The notes under the pieces are model-generated. The model was not told the origin of the DNA. It was given only the letters and a program-made list of their open reading frames with translations, and did no database searches. This document shows, in pieces, positions 48,419 to 56,416 of a stretch of 64,000 nt of DNA. This DNA comes from Syntrophomonadaceae bacterium (GTDB taxonomy: Bacteria; Bacillota; Dethiobacteria; DTU022). Numbering within the stretch: position 1 is the stretch's first letter; each line of letters begins with the position of its first letter. The translations under genes and the position numbers were made by a program. The DNA lies in assembly GCA_003554395.1 (NCBI GenBank), contig PWGD01000148.1, positions 5,958 to 69,957 on the forward strand, in the 5' to 3' direction.

Positions 48419-49751
48419 TCTAACAAGGGCTTTAATAAATATTTTGATTACTGCAGCCGAACCGCAGGCGAGGTGTAAACAACTGAAACCGGAAGAGGAA
48501 GAAAAAGCAATCCTGGTCGGCCTTGATTTGGACCGGCCCGGTGAAGATATTGAACGATCCATGGAAGAACTTGCTTTGCTGGCTAAAACAGCCGGGGCAG
48601 AGGTAATGGAGCGGGTGATCCAAAAAAGGGACGCCCCTGATCGTGCTAATTATATCGGCAAAGGAAAAACCGAAGAAATAGCTGCCCTGGTTGAGTTGCA
48701 AGGGGCAGACCTGGTCATTTTCAACGATGAACTTTCTCCTTCCCAGATCAGGAATCTGGATCATGTCATCGAGGCCAAGGTAATCGACAGGACCAACCTG
48801 ATCCTTGATATATTCGCCCGGCGGGCCCTTTCAAGGGAGGGAAAACTTCAGGTTGAACTGGCCCAGATGCATTATCTCTTGCCCCGTCTGATCGGGCTCG
48901 GCAACCAGTTATCCCGGTTGGGCGGAGGAATCGGGACCAGGGGGCCGGGAGAAACCCAGCTCGAGGTTGACAGGCGGGTAATCAGGAAACGTATCAATGA
49001 CCTCAAAAAAGAGCTTAACTCCCTAAGAAAACACCGCAGCCTGCACCGGCAGCGCAGAAAACGCAACCGCCAAAATATTGTCAGCCTGGTCGGTTACACC
49101 AATGCCGGTAAATCAACCCTCTTAAATGCCCTAACCGGCGCCGATCTCTACACCGAAGACAAGTTGTTTGCCACCCTGGATCCGACTGTAAGGCGGGGGA
49201 CAATCAAAAACGGGCAAGAAGTATTGTTTACAGATACGGTGGGTTTTATTGAAAAGCTGCCCGAACAGCTGATTGCCGCTTTCCAGGCTACTCTGGAAGA
49301 ACTGAATTCCGCCGACCTTTTACTGCATGTGGCGGATCTGAGCCACCCGGATTATATGAAACAAATAGAAGTTGTCCGCAACCACCTGGCTAATATTGAT
49401 CCGGACTATTACAAGCATGAAATAATGGTTTTCAATAAGATCGATTTGGTAGAAGACCCTTCCGAGAAGGCTTTCCTAAAGCGGGAATTTCCATCGGCAT
49501 CATTTATATCGGCCCTGACCGGGGAAGGAATAGAGGGCCTAAAAGAAAATATCGCCGATTATATCAATTGTCAGCGACGCAACCTGAAGCTCTATTTACC
49601 ATACAGTGAGGGTAAACTCTACTCTGAGATTCAAAAATATGGAGATGTGCAAAGCGAGGTTCACAAGCCCGATCACCTGGAACTAGTTGTTATAGTCGAT
49701 CCCGAACTGGCTAAAAAGCTGGAACCCTATACGGGATCTCAACTTCCCTGA
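48411..49751 (+). CDS. hflX: GTPase HflX
   Basis: It has the HflX N-domain (…ERAILVGL…ELAELA…), then the G-domain motifs GYTNAGKST, DTVGF and NKID. The true start is probably downstream of 48411, for example the in-frame TTG at 48444, because 48411 lies inside the hfq hairpin. Confidence 0.85.
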   Translation: MSFLTRALINILITAAEPQARCKQLKPEEEEKAILVGLDLDRPGEDIERSMEELALLAKTAGAEVMERVIQKRDAPDRANYIGKGKTEEIAALVELQGADLVIFNDELSPSQIRNLDHVIEAKVIDRTNLILDIFARRALSREGKLQVELAQMHYLLPRLIGLGNQLSRLGGGIGTRGPGETQLEVDRRVIRKRINDLKKELNSLRKHRSLHRQRRKRNRQNIVSLVGYTNAGKSTLLNALTGADLYTEDKLFATLDPTVRRGTIKNGQEVLFTDTVGFIEKLPEQLIAAFQATLEELNSADLLLHVADLSHPDYMKQIEVVRNHLANIDPDYYKHEIMVFNKIDLVEDPSEKAFLKREFPSASFISALTGEGIEGLKENIADYINCQRRNLKLYLPYSEGKLYSEIQKYGDVQSEVHKPDHLELVVIVDPELAKKLEPYTGSQLP

Positions 49752-49791
49752 TGCAGCCATTCAGGCTGGCTGCTGAGGGGATCCAGGATAG

Positions 49792-50412
49792 TCAAATCCG
49801 GCGGAATAGGCCAATCACTTTGCCCAGGACTTCGACTTCCCGGGTCAGGATGGGATCAAAAGCATTGTTTTCAGGCTGTAAGCGGTAACCATTTTCGTCA
49901 ACATAAAAGCGTTTGACCGTTGCTTCATCTTCAAGCAAAACAGCGACAATTTCTCCATTTTCCGCATTACTCTGCTGCCTGATAACAACATAGTCACCAT
50001 CGTTGATCCCGGCTCCAATCATACTGTCTCCCGCAACCCTGAGGACAAAGCAACCCTCGTCATTTGATATAGCGGAGGGGATAGGAAAAAGGCCTTCCCG
50101 GTTTTCTTCGGCAAAAATCGGCTGGCCGGCGGTGATCCTCCCTACTATGGGAGCAAAGACGCATTTTGCGTCCGGATCGGCAATAACTTCGCCATCAGCA
50201 TTCCGGATCAGCTTTATTGCTCTTGGCTTTGTAGGCATCCTTGAAATATAGCCCTTACTTTCCAGGGTATCCAGGTGGCCGTGCACAGTTGCAGTTGAAC
50301 TTATGTTGAGCGCTTTACATATTTCCCGTACAGAGGGAGGATAATTCCAACGCTTAACTTCTTGTTCTATAAAATCCATAACCCGCTTTTGTTTATCTGT
50401 TAACGGTTCCAA
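49792..50412 (-). CDS. lexA: LexA repressor
   Basis: It has the N-terminal winged-helix region, the Ala-Gly cleavage site region, and the S24 peptidase Ser/Lys residues (…VAGDSMIGAGI…VLGKV…). Size is 206 aa. Confidence 0.9.
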   Translation of the reverse strand: MEPLTDKQKRVMDFIEQEVKRWNYPPSVREICKALNISSTATVHGHLDTLESKGYISRMPTKPRAIKLIRNADGEVIADPDAKCVFAPIVGRITAGQPIFAEENREGLFPIPSAISNDEGCFVLRVAGDSMIGAGINDGDYVVIRQQSNAENGEIVAVLLEDEATVKRFYVDENGYRLQPENNAFDPILTREVEVLGKVIGLFRRI

Positions 50413-50445
50413 ATTATCACCCTTTCAAGTTAGACTATTTTTTCG

Positions 50446-50486
50446 ATTATAGCACCATTTGTCTGATAAAACAAACTACTGTTTGC
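50446..50486 (-). promoter_or_regulatory. lexA promoter with an overlapping LexA box for autoregulation
   Basis: On the minus strand the sequence reads CAAACAGTAGTTTG (+ coordinates 50472–50485), overlapping a TTGTTT -35. After a 17-bp spacer comes a TATAAT -10 (+ coordinates 50446–50451). The box is a near-identical variant of the one upstream of the Y-family polymerase. Confidence 0.6.
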
Positions 50487-50510
50487 TGATTTGGGTTTTT
50501 AATCCTCTTT

Positions 50511-52064
50511 TTAACCGTATCCGTTTATTTTAAGCAATTTATTAAGGCCATTGAGATAAGCTTTTACGCTGGCTTCGATAATGTCAGTACTTGTGCCCCG
50601 GCCGGTAATGGTCCGGTCCTGGTAAGATAAGTTTACCTGAACTTCACCGAGGGCGTCGCGGCCCTGGGTTACGGCATTAATTTTATATTTTTCCAGGCCG
50701 ATACTCAAACCTGTGATCTTGTTGATGGCATTATAAGCAGCGTCAATGGGGCCGGCCCCGGTAGCAACCTCCTCGATAGTATTGCCGTCTTCTTTCATAA
50801 GGCGGATTACAGCCGAGGGGATGCTTTTACTGCCGCTGACTGTCTGCAGGTAGTCAAGCCTGTACCTTGGCTCGATAGCGGAAATATGATCGAGAACCAG
50901 GGCTTCCAGGTCTTCCGGGTAAACCTCTTTCTTTTTATCGGCAAGCTCGACAAAATGATTATATATCACATTCAGCTGATCCCGGTTTAAAGCAAAACCA
51001 AGCTTTTTCAACTGATCAAGCACAGCATGCCTTCCGGATCGAGCGGTCAGACACATCTTAGCAGCGCTGCCACCGATAAATTCAGCATCGATGATTTCAT
51101 AAGTTTCCTTGTTTTTCAATACGCCGTCCTGGTGAATGCCGGAGGAATGGGAGAAGGCATTAAGGCCGACCACGGCTTTGTTGACCGGGATGGAAATATT
51201 GGTTAATTTGCTGACCAGCCGGCTGGTCCGGTAGATTTCTGAAAAATTAAGATCGGTATAATAGGAAAAATAATTTTGCCGAATCCGCAGGGCCACTGCA
51301 ATCTCTTCCAGGGAAGCATTGCCGGCCCGCTCACCGATACCGTTAATATTGCATTCTACCTGGCGGGCGCCGTTTTTTATAGCTTCCAGGGAATTGGCAA
51401 CAGCAAGTCCCAGGTCATTATGACAGTGTACGCTGATCATGGCTTGATCGATATTTTTGACATTTTCCCTGAGGCGGAGAATTAGGGCCCCAAATTCTTC
51501 TGGAACGGCATAGCCAACCGTATCGGGAATATTGATCACCCTGGCCCCGGCATTAATGACTGCCTCGATCATTTCATAAAGGTACTCTTCATCAGCCCGG
51601 CTGGCATCTTCCGGTGAATACTCAATATCATCGGTAAAACGCTTCGCATATTTAACGGCATCTACAGCCTGTTCCAGGATTTGAGCGGGTTCTTTATTGA
51701 ATTTGTGCTGGATATGGATGGCGGAAGCTCCTAAAAAAACATGGAGGCGGGGCTGTTCCGCTTCTTTGATCGCCTCCCAGGCCGCATCTATATCTGCTTT
51801 AACCGCCCTGGCCAGCCCACAGATAGTTGGCCCCTTGATCTGCCTGGCGATTTCCTGGACGGCCTTCATTTCTCCAGGTGAAGATATAGGGAAACCGGCT
51901 TCGATAATATCTACATTCAGGCGGGCCAGCTGGCGGGCAACCTCAACTTTTTCATCATAATTAAGCCGGGCCCCGGGAGTCTGCTCTCCGTCGCGCAGGG
52001 TGCTGTCAAAAAGGTATATTTTTTCTGCTCCTTTGGATTTTATTACTTCCACTTGCTCATTCAT
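50511..52064 (-). CDS. leuA: 2-isopropylmalate synthase / (R)-citramalate synthase family member (LeuA/CimA)
   Basis: The N-terminus YLFDSTLRDGEQTPGA is the DRE-TIM metallolyase motif. HCHNDLG is present, and a C-terminal LeuA-dimerisation regulatory domain follows. Size is 517 aa. A GGAGGAG ribosome-binding site is present. Confidence 0.85.
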   Translation of the reverse strand: MNEQVEVIKSKGAEKIYLFDSTLRDGEQTPGARLNYDEKVEVARQLARLNVDIIEAGFPISSPGEMKAVQEIARQIKGPTICGLARAVKADIDAAWEAIKEAEQPRLHVFLGASAIHIQHKFNKEPAQILEQAVDAVKYAKRFTDDIEYSPEDASRADEEYLYEMIEAVINAGARVINIPDTVGYAVPEEFGALILRLRENVKNIDQAMISVHCHNDLGLAVANSLEAIKNGARQVECNINGIGERAGNASLEEIAVALRIRQNYFSYYTDLNFSEIYRTSRLVSKLTNISIPVNKAVVGLNAFSHSSGIHQDGVLKNKETYEIIDAEFIGGSAAKMCLTARSGRHAVLDQLKKLGFALNRDQLNVIYNHFVELADKKKEVYPEDLEALVLDHISAIEPRYRLDYLQTVSGSKSIPSAVIRLMKEDGNTIEEVATGAGPIDAAYNAINKITGLSIGLEKYKINAVTQGRDALGEVQVNLSYQDRTITGRGTSTDIIEASVKAYLNGLNKLLKINGYG

Positions 52065-52099
52065 GGCAATCTCCTCCGCTCGTTAATAATGATACGATT

Positions 52100-52390
52100 T
52101 TAAAACAAGGCATAAAAAAACTTTCGCCTAAGAGACGAAAGTTAATTTCGCGGTACCACTCTTCTTGACGGCATGACATCTACCGCCCACTCTTATAGAT
52201 AACGGAAGTCTCCGGCCAATCCTAGTTTTGGCCTGTAAAGCCAAGTTCGGTTGGCGGCTCACGGATGAGTTCACAGGTTCCGCAATGCCGCCTTCCACCA
52301 TACGGCGGCTCTCTGGGGATGGCATTGCCTGTTACTGCTTCCGATCACAGCCTTTTGCCTGATCAAATCAATTATTGTAAGGTTACCTAA
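52100..52390 (-). promoter_or_regulatory. T-box riboswitch leader for leuA/cimA, comprising Stem I with specifier loop, the T-box antiterminator and an intrinsic terminator
   Basis: The minus strand reads …UGUGAUCGGAAGCAGUAACAGG…AGAGAG…GGAACCUGUGAACUCAUCC…AAGAAGAGUGGUACCGCGAAAUUAACUUUCGUCUCUUAGGCGAAAGUUUUUUUAUG. The T-box core AGAGUGGUACCGCG is present. A terminator hairpin (AACUUUCG…CGAAAGUU) plus U7 partly overlaps the antiterminator. A candidate specifier GAA-CUC-A suggests Leu. Confidence 0.75.
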
Positions 52391-52608
52391 AAATACTGTT
52401 GTTGTCAAGCACAATTTTACAAAATATTTTTTCTGTCTTTTTCGATTGTTTAGTAATGGATATTTTAAAGCTTTAAATAAACGCAATTCATATAAAATAC
52501 CGTTTTTACTTGACAAATCTGATTCAATCGATCAGAATATAAATATAATTCCGTAATTAATTAAAGACCCTTATATTATAAATACGGCGTTATATAGGCG
52601 GTGAAAAA

Positions 52609-53625
52609 GTGTCTACCCGCCAAAGGAAAACAGCAGTCCTAAGCAACAGCGAACAGGTGGCGCTTATAAAACAGCCCAACCAAAAAGCACCTACCGGCCT
52701 GCGCAATCTATGTATATTAATGTTAATGTTAAAGGCCGGCCTGCGCGTAGGTGAAGTTATTACTTTGGCTGTTGAAGATATAGACTGGGAGGAGTGTAAA
52801 GTATACCTTGCAGAAAGTGGGGCAGCCAAGGAACGTACTTTATGGCTTGATGATGAACTGCTGGGCTTACTAAAAGCCTGGAGAAAAATAAGGCCTTCTG
52901 AAAGCCGTTATTTCTTATGTACCCTTAAAGGAAGGCCCCTCAATGACCGCTATTTAAGGGAAATGGTTAAACGCCTGGGCCGTAAAGCCGGTATAAATAA
53001 AGATGTTTATCCCCATCTGCTGCGCAGTACTTTTGCCGTTAATTTAATTCAGGAAACAAATGATATCCGTTTAACCCAAAATGCCCTGGGCCACAGGGAT
53101 GCTTCAACCACCCAGCTTTATGTTAAACACATGTTCAGCGAACACAGCATGACCTATTATGATATTTTGGGCTACAGGAGAAGCGGCATCCCGGCTAAAA
53201 AAAACGCCGCTGAAAAACCGCGACCCAAACTGCTTGCAGCAAGCATTAACGATAACACGAGAAGCAGAAATAATTATAACAACCGGCCGGAGAGAAAAAG
53301 GGAGGAGGAGGTTGAATCCGAAGAAATAGGCCCAAACCGCAGCCGTGAGCAACAAAACATTCAAATAAAACCCCTGGGCCGCCCTGATGAAACTGAGATG
53401 CAGTATGAATTTGATTTTACCGGCAAACGTATCGAAAAAAACTCCCATGCTGAGCCTGAGCCAGGCCTATCATCAGGACCAACTGAAGAGAGGACCGTCC
53501 AGGGAAACCCAATACCGCCGATTAAATGCAGCAAATGCGCGTACATTCTCAGGTATGATCAGGACTGCCCGCAGTGCGGCACTGCATTCGCATCCATTTT
53601 AAAGCATTGGAGAGGAAATGTTTAA
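52609..53625 (+). CDS. Truncated tyrosine-recombinase (phage-integrase-family) catalytic domain, fused to a long charged linker and a C-terminal C4 zinc ribbon
   Basis: The catalytic signature residues are present. Arg is in …GLRNLCILMLMLKAGLRVGEV…, the HxxR motif is HLLRSTFA, and His/Tyr are in LGHRDASTTQLYVKH. There is no N-terminal core-binding/SAM domain. The tail has RSRNNYNNRPERKREEE… low complexity and ends with CSKC…CPQC. GTG start. Confidence 0.65.
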   Translation: MSTRQRKTAVLSNSEQVALIKQPNQKAPTGLRNLCILMLMLKAGLRVGEVITLAVEDIDWEECKVYLAESGAAKERTLWLDDELLGLLKAWRKIRPSESRYFLCTLKGRPLNDRYLREMVKRLGRKAGINKDVYPHLLRSTFAVNLIQETNDIRLTQNALGHRDASTTQLYVKHMFSEHSMTYYDILGYRRSGIPAKKNAAEKPRPKLLAASINDNTRSRNNYNNRPERKREEEVESEEIGPNRSREQQNIQIKPLGRPDETEMQYEFDFTGKRIEKNSHAEPEPGLSSGPTEERTVQGNPIPPIKCSKCAYILRYDQDCPQCGTAFASILKHWRGNV

Positions 53626-53664
53626 GACCTTTTTCAGGGGGAGGGAGGAGGAAAAGGTCTTTTG
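53625..53664 (+). terminator. Hairpin plus T-tract after the integrase-like gene
   Basis: AGACCTTTT-(G-rich loop)-AAAAGGTCTTTTG. Confidence 0.45.
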
Positions 53665-53893
53665 AAAGAATTATATTATATGATTTAACTTCCGATAATA
53701 CATCTTATGTAAACAAAGAGGGAGGAGCCGGTTTTCTTTTCCCTGTAGAACATGAATCCTTGAAAATATTTTAAATTAGTGATCGCGCACGTTGTATTTA
53801 AAACCTTTGAATTGATATAATAGTACTACTAACAAAAAAGTATATCTGTATCTAAGCGGGTTTGGCTATCATATATAAATATCATATCTAAAG

Positions 53894-54892
53894 ATGCCTG
53901 CAATAATTACCTTACCCGGAGGTTTGCCAGTGGCTGTTTACTTTATAAATAAACATACCCGTAGTCCTGTCTTTACCCTGCTTATTCTTTTTTTGATATT
54001 CGCCTCCTCCCTGCTTTTTTCATCTTGTTTTGCAGAAGATGCCGTTTCCGATTCTGAAGAAGAATATGAAGCGCAGGAAGAAGAAGCGCCCCCTGAAGGC
54101 CCGGTCAATGACTCAAAAATCGATTCCAACCGGGAAGCAAAGCATCAAAACTGCGATCCGGAAGAAATATGTAAAAATTTGGAATATTTAGATGATTTTG
54201 AACTGCCCCGGATCGGGCTTTATTCCGGAAAAGGCAGCTGGAATGACAATGTCGAGGTCATTGGGCATTTTCTCGAGGCCTATGATTTTACCTGGTCGGG
54301 TTTTGACGAACATGACGCCGTAAACCTTGATTTAGAAGCACATTTTGATTTACTGTGGTTTCCGGGCGGATTTGCCGCCGAGTATAAAAACTATATCAAC
54401 GATCACTCTAAGATCAGGGCCTTCATAGATCAGGGCGGATTATTTATCGGCAGCTGCGCCGGCGCCTACTATGCTTCAGATATTCTTCGCTGGCAGGGTA
54501 CGGACTACGAATATCCCCTTAAACTCTTTGACGGAAAAGGAATTGGGCCCCTGGCAGGCCTGATTGGATGGGGTAAAACCGGCACTATTGTCCTTGAAGA
54601 AGATCATCCGGCTAACCATAATTTCAACCTGGAAAAGGAGATTTATTATTTTGACGGGCCCTACTTTGAACCATACGATCAAGAAGCAATAACGGTGCTG
54701 GCCCGCTATGAAATAAACAATCAACCTGCGGTTATCGCGGGAGACAGTGGTCAGGGAAAATTTCTTTTGCTCGGCCCCCACCCGGAAATAGGAGGCTATT
54801 CTGAACAAGCTCCCCACTTCAGCCTGGATGGTGAAGAAGGGGCCCAGTGGCCGTGGCTGTACCAGCTTATACTGTGGTTTACACAGCATTGA
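53894..54892 (+). CDS. Secreted or lipoprotein with a class-I glutamine-amidotransferase-like (DJ-1/PfpI/BPL_N-type) domain. Function unknown.
   Basis: It has an N-terminal signal peptide (…KHTRSPVFTLLILFLIFASSLLFSSC…) followed by an acidic linker (EEEYEAQEEEAPPEG). The nucleophile-elbow motif GLFIGSCAGAYYA is of the GATase1-like fold. An alternative GTG start at 53930 has GGAGG upstream. Confidence 0.5.
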   Translation: MPAIITLPGGLPVAVYFINKHTRSPVFTLLILFLIFASSLLFSSCFAEDAVSDSEEEYEAQEEEAPPEGPVNDSKIDSNREAKHQNCDPEEICKNLEYLDDFELPRIGLYSGKGSWNDNVEVIGHFLEAYDFTWSGFDEHDAVNLDLEAHFDLLWFPGGFAAEYKNYINDHSKIRAFIDQGGLFIGSCAGAYYASDILRWQGTDYEYPLKLFDGKGIGPLAGLIGWGKTGTIVLEEDHPANHNFNLEKEIYYFDGPYFEPYDQEAITVLARYEINNQPAVIAGDSGQGKFLLLGPHPEIGGYSEQAPHFSLDGEEGAQWPWLYQLILWFTQH

Positions 54893-55026
54893 TCTTCCAG
54901 CAGCTTAAATTATTCTATAGTAATATCTGTAGCAGCGCTGCTTCATATCAGGGCTCTATGTTATAATTAAAGCTGTAACAATGCCAGGAAAACACTCGAG
55001 ATAATTGTTAGGACGGTGACTGTAAT

Positions 55027-56400
55027 ATGCGGCGCATTTACTTTATTATACTGGCCCTGGTCCTTCTTGCCTTTTCTTTTAATATCGGCTTCCGGGCCGG
55101 TAATTCCTACCCGCCGGAGGAGCTTTTTGATCTGGTTACCGCAACCATATCCGGTAATCAAACAGGCGAAGAAGAAGCACCAGATAGTGTTGAAGAAGAG
55201 GCCTTCGAGGAGGGACCGAAAGAAGAACCGGAAGCTGAGACAGAACCGGAACCCGATCTGCGCACAGCAGATATGGTAGTAGCCGGTGATATTACCGCCC
55301 ACGTGCCCCAAATTGAACAGGCCTACCTGGGTGAGGGTAACTATGACTTCACGCCCAGCTTTGAAATAATTGAACCGTACCTGAAGAAAGGCGATATAAC
55401 CGTGGGAGACCTTGAAACTGCCCAGGCCGGACCTGAAATCCGTTCGGTTGCCTGGGGGGTGACCGGTTATACCGGGTTCCCCGAATTTAACGCTCCGCAG
55501 GAGTTTTCTGAAGCCCTGCAGCAGGCCGGGTTCAATACCTTGACTATAGCAAATAATCACACCATGGACCGGGGTTATGAAGGTTTGATCAAAAGCCTGT
55601 CCCATGTCAGAAGTTTGGGCCTGGAAACTTTCGGCGCCTACAAGAGCCAGGAAGAAAGGGACACTCCCACTATTATTGAACATGACGGTATCAAAATAGC
55701 TTTTATCGGCTACACTTATGGCCTTAACGGTATACCCGTTCCTGAAGGCCATCAATACTGTGTTAACTATGTCCCTGATTTTCAGGATATTACCCCTGTA
55801 ATTGAAGATATAGCCCGGGCCAAAGACCATGGAGCCGACCTGGTAGCAGTTTTTCCACACTGGGGCAGTATGTATGTAAGTGAACCACAGCCCCAGCGTT
55901 TGCGCGATGTCGCTGCCCAGATGGCGGCTGCCGGCGCTGATTTAATCATGGGAGGCCACCCTCATTACATCCAGCCCATTGAATGGTTTTTTAACGATAA
56001 TGAAAGCGGTGGTGAAAGGGCCACCCTGGCTATCTATTCGCTGGGAAACTTTATTTCCAACCAGCATTACCCCCACAACCCGTCACCTTTTGTCGAATAT
56101 GGCATCCTGCTGGATATTGAGCTGACCAAAAATAAAGACAGCGGCGAAGCGTGGATCAGCGGAGTAGATTTCGAAATAACCTGGGTCCACCGTGACTGGC
56201 GGCACCGCATCCTTCCTCTTTCCGAAGTTTTTGCCGGCTCACCGGATGATTACAACCTGAGCCAGTCCCAGGTCGATGAACTTAAAACCTGGCACCAGAA
56301 AAATATCGAGGTTTTGGAAACTTATGGCCATAGCGAAGACAAATCCAGGGCTATGGAAATTTCGGAAATGCTTTACAACAAGGCCTACCAAAGCGATTAA
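55027..56400 (+). CDS. CapA/PGA_cap-family membrane-anchored metallophosphoesterase-like protein
   Basis: There is an N-terminal transmembrane anchor (IYFIILALVLLAFSF) and an acidic linker. The CapA motifs are …DLETAQAG…, …IANNHTMDRG…, …FPHWGSMY… and …GGHPHYIQPIE…. Confidence 0.75.
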   Translation: MRRIYFIILALVLLAFSFNIGFRAGNSYPPEELFDLVTATISGNQTGEEEAPDSVEEEAFEEGPKEEPEAETEPEPDLRTADMVVAGDITAHVPQIEQAYLGEGNYDFTPSFEIIEPYLKKGDITVGDLETAQAGPEIRSVAWGVTGYTGFPEFNAPQEFSEALQQAGFNTLTIANNHTMDRGYEGLIKSLSHVRSLGLETFGAYKSQEERDTPTIIEHDGIKIAFIGYTYGLNGIPVPEGHQYCVNYVPDFQDITPVIEDIARAKDHGADLVAVFPHWGSMYVSEPQPQRLRDVAAQMAAAGADLIMGGHPHYIQPIEWFFNDNESGGERATLAIYSLGNFISNQHYPHNPSPFVEYGILLDIELTKNKDSGEAWISGVDFEITWVHRDWRHRILPLSEVFAGSPDDYNLSQSQVDELKTWHQKNIEVLETYGHSEDKSRAMEISEMLYNKAYQSD

Positions 56401-56416
56401 GGGAGGAAATTTTAGC

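Noticed and set aside
54967-55860. A 297-aa ORF on the minus strand, entirely inside the CapA-like gene region
   Set aside because: It is antisense to a gene with strong family motifs. It has no ribosome-binding site, its composition is low-complexity (runs of F/G/R), and it has no recognisable domain. It is a typical shadow ORF.
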